From positions 10,770-74,769 of the forward strand of contig JAFWKK010000001.1 in NCBI GenBank assembly GCA_017514235.1: DNA of 64,000 nucleotides. The letters run 5' to 3'. Origin of the DNA: Kiritimatiellia bacterium (GTDB taxonomy: Bacteria; Verrucomicrobiota; Kiritimatiellia; RFP12; UBA1067). Below are positions 57,112 through 64,000 of this stretch, piece by piece (position 1 is the stretch's first letter; each line of letters starts with the position of its first letter). The notes below the pieces were generated by a model. It was not told the DNA's origin. It did not search any database and saw only the letters and a list, made by a program, of their open reading frames with translations. Made by a program: the position numbers and the translations under genes.

Positions 57112-58282
57112 ATGTATAATAAAGTAGAAATTCTGATGTCCGCGCTGTTCTCGGCGCTTGCGCTCTGCGCCAATGCGGCGGAATATGACGTTGCCGCATA
57201 CGTGTGGCCGGCGTACCAGCCGGAGCCGCGTTGGGCGGAGCTCGGCATCTTCGGTGAGGGAATCGGCGAATGGCAGAACGTCAAGGAGGCGGTGCCGAAG
57301 TGGCCCGGGCACCGCCAGCCGCTCTCTTCCGATCTGGGGATACGAGAACGAGGCCGACCCAAAAGTCGTTGAGAAGAAGATTGACGCGGCAGTCTCGCAC
57401 GGCGTCAACGTCTTCATCTACGACTGGTACTGGTACGGCGGGCGGCCGTTCCTTGAAGACGCTCTCGACAAGGGTTTCCTAGGCGCGGCGAACAACGGGA
57501 AGATGAAGTTCTTCATCATGTGGGCGAACCACCACGTCTGCAAGCTGTGGGACAACAAGGCGGCGGACAAGAAATGGAACGAGCCGATTTGGCGCGCATG
57601 GGTGGATGCGGAAGAGTTTAGGAAGATATCTCGACGCTGGATCGAGATGTACTTTTCGCGTCCGAACTACTACCGCATCGACGGCAAGCCCGTGCTGATG
57701 ATCTACGAGGTCGTGACGTTTATAAGGGGCGTTGGCGGAGTTGACAAGGCGGCGAAGGCGCTCGCTGCGTTCCGGAAGAACTGCGAAGACGCCGGGTTAG
57801 GCGGCGTTCATCTCATGGCTTGCGACTACGGGATGCCAAAGGAAACCGTTGCCGCCCTTGGCATTGACTCGGCGACGATCTATAATTTCGTGCATTGGGC
57901 GAAAGCGCACGGCAACCCTGACTATGCCGAATGGACGAAAAAGGGCGCGGAGCGCTTCGACGCCGCGAAGAAGGAGTTTGGGCTTAAGGCGTACTTCGCT
58001 CATGCGTCTGTCGGCTGGGACACCAATCCGCGTTTCCCTGCCGGTGCCGTGATGCCTACAGTGATGGACTCTACGCCGGCAAAGTTCGAAGTGGCGCTGA
58101 AGCGGGCAAAGGACTGGAGCGACGCGAACACGCCGAAGGGATACCCCAAGCTGATTACGGTGAACTCTTGGAACGAGTGGACCGAGGGATCGTACCTTGA
58201 GCCGGATACGCAATTCGGCTTTGGCTACCTCGACGCCGTCAAGAAGGTTTTCGGAACGAGTGACAAGACGAAGAAGGAATGA
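57112..58282 (+). pseudogene. Secreted GH99-like/WbsX-like glycoside hydrolase split by a frameshift near 57325 (possibly an assembly artefact)
   Basis: Frame 1: signal peptide, VAAYVWPAY, GEW, PKWPGHRQPL. Frame 2 continues LPIWGYENEADP, FIYDWYWY, MWANH, YYRIDGKP, VGWD, NSWNEWTEGSYLEPD. Confidence 0.8.
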
Positions 58283-58323
58283 AGCGCAAGCCGCCGGGGT
58301 CCGGAAGTGGTTTGTGGCGGGGG

Positions 58324-58352
58324 TTGCGGTCTTCGGGGGGTAATGGTATAAT
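58324..58352 (+). promoter_or_regulatory. Sigma70 promoter, probably leaderless
   Basis: TTGCGG, 17 nt, TATAAT (preceded by TGG); ATG 6 nt downstream. Confidence 0.7.
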
Positions 58353-58358
58353 GCTGTC

Positions 58359-59918
58359 ATGAAAACTACAGCATTTTCAGCGCTCGCGATTGCGGCGCTT
58401 CTTTCCGGCTGCGGCACCACTCCGTCGGTGTCCGGCAATCTTCCGTGCCAGCCCCGCAACGCAACCCTTAAGACTGCGGGCGGGCCGCTCGTCCAGGCGC
58501 ACCGCGGCAGCCGCGGCGAGTTCCAGGACAACGGCGCAGGCGGCTTCGCCTGGTGCCTGAAGAAGGGGATACGCGGGTTCGAGACTGACATACGCTTCTC
58601 GAAGGACCACGAGCTGGTGGTCATGCACGACAGCCGCGTGGACCGCACGACGGACGGCAAAGGCATCGTCGAGGAGATGACGCTCGCCGAGCTGCGCAAA
58701 TGCCATCTGCAGAACTGCAGCGAGCCGGTCCCTTCGCTGGAGGACGTGCTTGCGACGATGGCCGGGCGCGACGACGTGTTCATCGAGCTTGAGATGAAGG
58801 CGTATCCGAACGAGTTCTACACGCCGGAGGTCCTGGCGGAGTACTGCCGCAAGCTGAACGCGGCCGCCGAGCGTCTGATGAAGCCCGGGACGTATGCCTT
58901 CACTTGCTTCAACGTGACTACGCTTGAGACTATGCGCCGTGTCGCTCCGAAGGCCCCGCTCGGCTACATCATGGGAGGCGCGCTGACAGACGCGCATCTT
59001 GCGACGGCCGCGCGGCTCGGCTGCTGCAGCGTCGCGCCGTCGCTTCGGGCGACGTCGAAGGAGATGGTCGCGAAGGCGCATGAGGCCGGCCTGACCGTCT
59101 GCCTGTGGATGGCCCAGAACGCCGCCGACTGGTGGGAGGCGCGGTCAAAGGGCGCGGACCGCGTCACGTCCGACTATCCGCATCTCCTTGACCTCGCCCT
59201 GCGCGGCAAGCGCAAGCGCGTCGTTGCAATGGACCTCGACGCCACTCTCTGCCAGCACCGCTCGCCGGTGCCGTGGAAGAACCTGAAGGCGCTTGAGCAG
59301 CTCGGCACCAAGTACAAGTGCGTCATGGTCGGCGCCGGCAACGCGCCGCGCATCTATGGCCAGATGGGCGAGTACCCGATCGACATCGTCGGCAACTACG
59401 GCATGCAGGTGTCCGAGGCGGCCGATGGCAAGTTTCGCATCGTGAAGGCCGTCACGAACGAGGTCGACAGGGCGTTCTTCCGCCGTGAGACTGACAAGCT
59501 GCGCGAGAAGTACGGCTACACGAAATATGCCGGCGAGCCGCTGGAGTTCCACGCTTCCGGCATGGTGACGTTCGGGCTCCTGGGCACCTCGCCGTCCTCC
59601 GAGCAAAAGCTGGCGTTCGACCCTGACCGGAAGAAGCGTCGTGCGATGTACAAGGACGTTTGCGACGTCTTCAAGGATTACTCGGTGTACATCGGCGGAT
59701 CGACGTCGTTCGACTTCGCCGGCCTTGAGTACAACAAGTACGACGCGACGCTCGCATGGGCCAAGGATCACGGGTTCTCGCTGGACGACATCGTCTTTAT
59801 CGGCGACGACTTCGCCGACGGCGGCGGAGACAGCCACGTGCGCATCAAGGGCATGGACCGCATCGTGATAAACGACTACCGGAACTTCGCAAACGCCGTG
59901 GGCGTGCTGCTGAAGTGA
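58359..59918 (+). CDS. Lipoprotein: glycerophosphodiester phosphodiesterase fused to a HAD class IIB (phosphomannomutase-like) domain
   Basis: Lipobox LSGC; GDPD motifs AHRG, FETDI, VMHD..VDRTT, IELEMK, TSDYP; HAD motifs MDLDATL, IGGSTSFD, FIGDDFADGGGD. Confidence 0.82.
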   Translation: MKTTAFSALAIAALLSGCGTTPSVSGNLPCQPRNATLKTAGGPLVQAHRGSRGEFQDNGAGGFAWCLKKGIRGFETDIRFSKDHELVVMHDSRVDRTTDGKGIVEEMTLAELRKCHLQNCSEPVPSLEDVLATMAGRDDVFIELEMKAYPNEFYTPEVLAEYCRKLNAAAERLMKPGTYAFTCFNVTTLETMRRVAPKAPLGYIMGGALTDAHLATAARLGCCSVAPSLRATSKEMVAKAHEAGLTVCLWMAQNAADWWEARSKGADRVTSDYPHLLDLALRGKRKRVVAMDLDATLCQHRSPVPWKNLKALEQLGTKYKCVMVGAGNAPRIYGQMGEYPIDIVGNYGMQVSEAADGKFRIVKAVTNEVDRAFFRRETDKLREKYGYTKYAGEPLEFHASGMVTFGLLGTSPSSEQKLAFDPDRKKRRAMYKDVCDVFKDYSVYIGGSTSFDFAGLEYNKYDATLAWAKDHGFSLDDIVFIGDDFADGGGDSHVRIKGMDRIVINDYRNFANAVGVLLK

Positions 59919-59934
59919 CAGGAGCGGCCTCGAA

Positions 59935-61200
59935 ATGACGAGCGAAGAAGACAAGAAGCGTTTTGGCCGCGCACAGTGGCGGTTCATCATATGCAGCATG
60001 ATCGCGTATGCGTTTTTCTACATAACGCGCAAGAACCTTTCGATGGCTCAGCCCGGCATGCTGGAGGAGAAGGTCATCTCCACCTACGCGCTCGGCACGA
60101 TCATGACGGTGCACGGCGTTCTCTACGGAATGAGCCGTTTTGTGAACGGATTCTGGGCCGACCGGCTGAACGGCCGCATCTTCATGACGATCGGTCTCGC
60201 GCTCTCCGCGCTGATGAACTTCCTCTTCGGCTGCACGTCGCTGACGTTGCTCTTCGCGGCGTTCTGGATACTGAATGGCTGGACTCAGGGCATGGGTTTC
60301 CCGCCGTGCGCGAAGATGCTGACGCACTGGATACATCCGAAGGAGCTGGCGACGAAGATGTCGATCTGGAACACTTCGCACTCCTTCGGCGCTTTCGCGG
60401 CGCTCGGCATCTGCTCGCTGCTGCTTTGGCTGGGTTTCGGCTGGCGGTGGTGCTTCTACGTGCCGGCGGCGCTTGCCGGGCTTGCGGCGATCTTCTGCTT
60501 CTTTTGCGTGAAGGATTCGCCGACGGAGGCTGGCGTGCCGGAACTGGAGATCGAGGGCTCGACGGACAAGCCGTCCTCGCAGATAACCACGGCGGACCGC
60601 CGCCGTCTCGTCTTCGGGAACAAGGTTATCTGGTTTGTGGCAATTGCTAACTTCTTCGTCTATATCGTGAGGTTCGGCTTCCTTGACTGGGGCCCGACGT
60701 TCCTCAAGCAGCACAAGGGCATTCCCGTCGAGAAGGGCGGGCTGATGATCATCGCGTTCGAGCTGGCGGCCGTGGTCGGCACCGTCTTCGCCGGCTGGGT
60801 CACCGACAGGGTGTTTAAGGGCCGCGGCGTCAGGACGTGCGTCATCTGCATGCTCTTCGCGGCGCTCTTTGCGTTCGGGTTCTGGTACCTGCCTGACGGC
60901 GCGTCCAGTCTCTGGGCCACGCTTCTGCTGATGGGGACGGGCTTCTGCATCTACGGTCCGCAGGCGCTCGTAGGCATCGTTGCCGCTAACCAGGCGACGA
61001 AGGAGGCGGCCGCCATGGCCAACGGGTTCACCGGAATCATGGGCTATGCGTCCACGATCGTCTCCGGCCTTGGCATCGCTTTCATCAAGGAGACGTTTGG
61101 CTGGGGCGTCACGCTGGCGTCCATCTCCGGTTTCGCGATCATCGGAATGCTGCTCTTCCTCTGCGCGTGGAACGCCAACGCCACTGGCTATAAGCGTTGA
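59935..61200 (+). CDS. Organophosphate:phosphate antiporter (GlpT/UhpC-family MFS)
   Basis: YAFFYITRKN, YGMSRF, NGWTQGMGFPPC, WNTSH, ANFFVYIVRFG..DWGP, IYGPQAL. Confidence 0.9.
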   Translation: MTSEEDKKRFGRAQWRFIICSMIAYAFFYITRKNLSMAQPGMLEEKVISTYALGTIMTVHGVLYGMSRFVNGFWADRLNGRIFMTIGLALSALMNFLFGCTSLTLLFAAFWILNGWTQGMGFPPCAKMLTHWIHPKELATKMSIWNTSHSFGAFAALGICSLLLWLGFGWRWCFYVPAALAGLAAIFCFFCVKDSPTEAGVPELEIEGSTDKPSSQITTADRRRLVFGNKVIWFVAIANFFVYIVRFGFLDWGPTFLKQHKGIPVEKGGLMIIAFELAAVVGTVFAGWVTDRVFKGRGVRTCVICMLFAALFAFGFWYLPDGASSLWATLLLMGTGFCIYGPQALVGIVAANQATKEAAAMANGFTGIMGYASTIVSGLGIAFIKETFGWGVTLASISGFAIIGMLLFLCAWNANATGYKR

Positions 61201-61490
61201 GCCGCCGGATGCGCAGGGAACTGATCTGCGGCGTTGATGCGGAGGTCGCCGAGACGCTTGCAGAGCGGCTTCGCGGCCTCATCGGGCGCGACGGGCTTGC
61301 GCCGGGCACTGGCATGCTGATAACGCGCTGCAATTGCATTCACACCTGCTTCATGCGCTTTCCGATTGACGCGATGTTTCTCGACAGGCGCGGCGAGGTT
61401 GTCAGGACTGTGCGCAACGTCCGGCCTTGGCGGCTTTTCGTGTGGGGCGGTTTTCGCGCGGTTTCGGTGCTGGAGACTGCGGCGCGGTAA
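61197..61490 (+). CDS. DUF192-family protein
   Basis: VAETLAERLRGLIGR, GMLI, IHTCFMRFPID..FLD, PWR, VLE. Confidence 0.8.
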   Translation: MSRRMRRELICGVDAEVAETLAERLRGLIGRDGLAPGTGMLITRCNCIHTCFMRFPIDAMFLDRRGEVVRTVRNVRPWRLFVWGGFRAVSVLETAAR

Positions 61491-61501
61491 GGTTCGGCTT
61501 T

Positions 61502-62524
61502 TCAGGACATGTGCCGCAGGCGGAGCTGCCCGCAGGCGGCGTCGGCGTCCTTGCCTCGGCTGCGGCGCAGCATCGTCTGCACGCCATGCTTCATCAGGAC
61601 GTCGAGGAACATGAGCAGCGTAGGCTCGTCGGGCGTCTTGAAGTCCGGGCGGTGGCTGACCGGCGAAAGGGGAATGAGGTTTACCTTCGCCATCGGCACG
61701 CGGCGAACCTGGCGCGCCAGTTCCTCGGCGCAGGCGCGGGAATCGTTCACTCCTCCGATGACCGTGTATTCGAACGTGATGATTCTCTTCGTCGCACGGG
61801 TGTAGTCCGCGCAGGCGGAGAGGAGCTCGTCGAGCGGCCAGCGCCGGTTTACCGGCATCAGGCGCGAGCGCAGCTCGTCATTCGGGGCGTGCAGCGACAC
61901 GGAGAGCTCGAACTGGATGCCCTCGGCAGCCAGGCGGGCGAAGCCCGGTACGACGCCGCAAGTCGAGATTGTGATGTGCCGTGCGCCGAGGTTGGGTCCG
62001 CGTCCGGCGTTGATGAGCTTCAGCGCCCGCATCGTGGCGTCGTAGTTAGCGAACGGCTCGCCCATGCCCATGACGACGATGTTGGTTATCTCGCCGAAGG
62101 CGCGTCCAGCCATGTACTCGGCAACAATCTCGTCCGCCGTCAGCGAACGGACGATCCCGTGCGCGCCGCTGGCGCAGAACGCGCAGCCCATCGCGCAGCC
62201 GACTTGCGTCGAGATGCACTGGGTGAAGCGTCCAGACGCGGGAATGAGGACGGTCTCAACGGCGTTTCCGTCGTCAAAGCCGATCAGCAGCTTCCGGGTT
62301 CCGTCGGCGGATTCCGAGACGTCTAGCTGCTTGTATGGCGTAAGCGGGAACTCGGACTTGAGCGTCTCGCGCAGGTCTTTCGGAAGTGTTGTCGCTGCGT
62401 CCCAGTCGGAGATGTAGTCGCGGTAGAGGGACTGAAGGATCTGGTCGGCACGGAAGGTCCGCAGGCCGCGGTCCTTCAGGATCGGCTTCCATTCGTCAGG
62501 TAGTATGCTCCAGGCTCGCGTCAT
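61502..62524 (-). CDS. rlmN: Dual-specificity RNA methyltransferase RlmN (radical SAM)
   Basis: CISTQVGCAMGCAFCASG, MGMGEP, SLHAPNDELR, FEY, VNLIP, AACGQL. Confidence 0.95.
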   Translation of the reverse strand: MTRAWSILPDEWKPILKDRGLRTFRADQILQSLYRDYISDWDAATTLPKDLRETLKSEFPLTPYKQLDVSESADGTRKLLIGFDDGNAVETVLIPASGRFTQCISTQVGCAMGCAFCASGAHGIVRSLTADEIVAEYMAGRAFGEITNIVVMGMGEPFANYDATMRALKLINAGRGPNLGARHITISTCGVVPGFARLAAEGIQFELSVSLHAPNDELRSRLMPVNRRWPLDELLSACADYTRATKRIITFEYTVIGGVNDSRACAEELARQVRRVPMAKVNLIPLSPVSHRPDFKTPDEPTLLMFLDVLMKHGVQTMLRRSRGKDADAACGQLRLRHMS

Positions 62525-62639
62525 GTCAGCGCATATTATACCAAATCACTGCGGATTGGCTGACGTGCCAAGCATCCTTCATCGTTTTTCTTCAATGAAT
62601 AAACCATTCACTCGTTTACCTTTGTCGGACACTTCGTCA

Positions 62640-63239
62640 TTAGGTCAGGGAGCAGGTGACGGTGGAATAGTCGGCGTAGGTCTTCGAGAGGCAGTTGCCT
62701 GTCGCAGCATCGTATGTCCACGTGGTTGTGTCCCAGGTCGTGCCATCGCGTGTGGTGGAAAGCGACGTGCGGCGGCTCTGCGAGTCGTAGGTGTAGCGCA
62801 CGGGATAGGTCGCGCCGTCTTCGGCTATGACGCCACGCACGGTCTCAACGGTCTTGTCGTCGACGGCAGAGGGCGTCTGCGTCCAGTTGAAGTCGTTCAA
62901 GTTGAACACGGGCAGGATATAGTGGTATTCGACGAATGCAATCTTCTCGCTGTCGAAGCAACCGACGAAACGCGGCGGCTCGACGTCGCCCTTCAGCTCG
63001 CCCTTGATGGTGAGAATCAGCTGCGCGAGCATCCTGTGTACGCTCGTCGTATGGTTCTTGGCTTCCGCCCAGAGGATCGGGGCATCGGGGATGAATGTCA
63101 TCTGTCGCGGGTCGTGGCGTTTAGGCGATACGCAGAAATCGATGTTGCCGACAATGCGAGTGCAGTCGAACTTGCCGAAGTACAACGCGGCCACGCGGTT
63201 CTTCAGTTCCTCTTCGCGGATGGTGGATTCTTTCTTCAT
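62640..63239 (-). pseudogene. Chimeric truncated ORF: nuclease-like N-terminus (restriction-modification type) fused to a fragment of RHS/YD repeats
   Basis: N part has E..D..ExK spacing (REEELKN, GNIDF, LWAEAK). C part ATYPVRYTYDSQSRRTSL, TWTYDAATG, KTYAD are YD repeats that decay into a stop. Confidence 0.6.
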
Positions 63240-63277
63240 GGCTGGTGTTTCTGTATGGATATTATGGCAGATTCCAT

Positions 63278-63673
63278 TTATTCTTTCCCCAGGATTCCTG
63301 TATAGGCAAAAAACAACATGATAATATCCGTCAAAACCAAGGTCGCAATAGATGTTATCATGCGAAATCGTAGATTAAACCAAACAAATGGAATCCGCAG
63401 CACAATCAGAACACTATAAATAAACCCAATTGCGATGAGATCGACGAACCATCCAAGCCCCCTCCCCATGCTGTCTTTTCCTGAGAAATACACCCAGATT
63501 GTACAAACTGAAAGAATGGTTAAGACATCTACAAGATTACAAGGGAATCGCCATGTCCCTTTCCTCAATCGATACAGTAACGGAAAGGCAATAAGCGTCG
63601 GAAGTGCGAACCAAATCGCCCCAATGCCGATTAGATACCCGAAAAAAACAATACGATTTATGACGGTTTCCAT
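63278..63673 (-). CDS. Small low-GC four-TM membrane protein, candidate toxin immunity protein
   Basis: 131 aa, about four hydrophobic segments, GAGG SD, 9 nt downstream of the putative toxin ORF. Confidence 0.6.
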   Translation of the reverse strand: METVINRIVFFGYLIGIGAIWFALPTLIAFPLLYRLRKGTWRFPCNLVDVLTILSVCTIWVYFSGKDSMGRGLGWFVDLIAIGFIYSVLIVLRIPFVWFNLRFRMITSIATLVLTDIIMLFFAYTGILGKE

Positions 63674-63682
63674 GATAATACC

Positions 63683-64000
63683 TCACTTCAAGTTGCATTT
63701 GCATCTGATTTTGATGTCTAACAACAGTTTGTAATACTCAGCTCTAAGATCGTCGGCATAATCTTGGCAATTGTACTGTCCTGTGGGCCGCCCCTTCGAA
63801 GTTGCCAAATTGTATGGGCGCGGCTGGACATTCTTGACTGCTTCCCGCATCCCGCAATCATTGTATGCGCCCTTACCCTCTATGGGCACATATTGCGTTT
63901 GGAAGAAAAACTCGTCTTGTCGAGGATTGCTGTCGCCTATCGGCGCGTCAAAGTACCCAATGTTTATCGGCGAACCACCATCTTCAAATATAAGTTGTTC
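63683..64000 (-). CDS. C-terminal part of a putative polymorphic (RHS-type) toxin domain, 5' end outside the window
   Basis: Frame open from 64000: EQLIFEDGGSPINIGYF...PYNLATSKGRPTGQYNCQDYADDLR...CKCNLK; low GC; next to an RHS remnant. Confidence 0.55.
   Translation of the reverse strand, partial: EQLIFEDGGSPINIGYFDAPIGDSNPRQDEFFFQTQYVPIEGKGAYNDCGMREAVKNVQPRPYNLATSKGRPTGQYNCQDYADDLRAEYYKLLLDIKIRCKCNLK

Noticed and set aside
57322-57327. Programmed frameshift or phase variation in the GH99-like gene
   Set aside because: Only three CT units and no slippery heptamer; the adapter match explains it more simply.

Overview
High-GC bacterial chromosomal window, mostly housekeeping and carbohydrate or phosphate-ester metabolism. 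Gene content and short dispersed repeats suggest a PVC-superphylum organism, probably Kiritimatiellae/Verrucomicrobia-like (inference, not tested). In order it holds: partial cstA, waaA, a putative catabolic cluster (Tat metallophosphoesterase, SDR, atypical IlvD-family dehydratase, atypical flavoprotein, second Tat metallophosphoesterase), and the S10-spc ribosomal protein operon, which lacks rpmC, rpmD and the usual downstream secY. Then come a signal-peptide-bearing glutamate racemase homologue, a NifA-like sigma54 activator, pyrH-frr, an ABC system, thrH-nadA, galM-pilC-uxaE, pyrF, a GH127, lnt, parA, malic enzyme, rluD, lysA, a BatD-like gene, serS-pilT-pilB, rplM-rpsI-rhlB, gdhA, a frameshifted GH99-like gene, a GDPD-HAD fusion with a GlpT-like transporter and rlmN. 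The right edge is a low-GC remnant of an RHS toxin/immunity locus. I saw no rRNA, tRNA, CRISPR array or IS element. The best candidates for undescribed biology are: (1) a ~240-nt structured S10 leader with terminator/antiterminator/anti-antiterminator geometry; (2) the SDR-IlvD-flavoprotein cluster, in which canonical catalytic or metal-binding residues are replaced; (3) a sigma54 promoter on gdhA with an orphan NifA-like activator; (4) repeated extended -10 promoters placed for leaderless mRNAs; (5) short repeats inserted in frame into genes. All family calls come from motif recognition by eye; no database searches were run.
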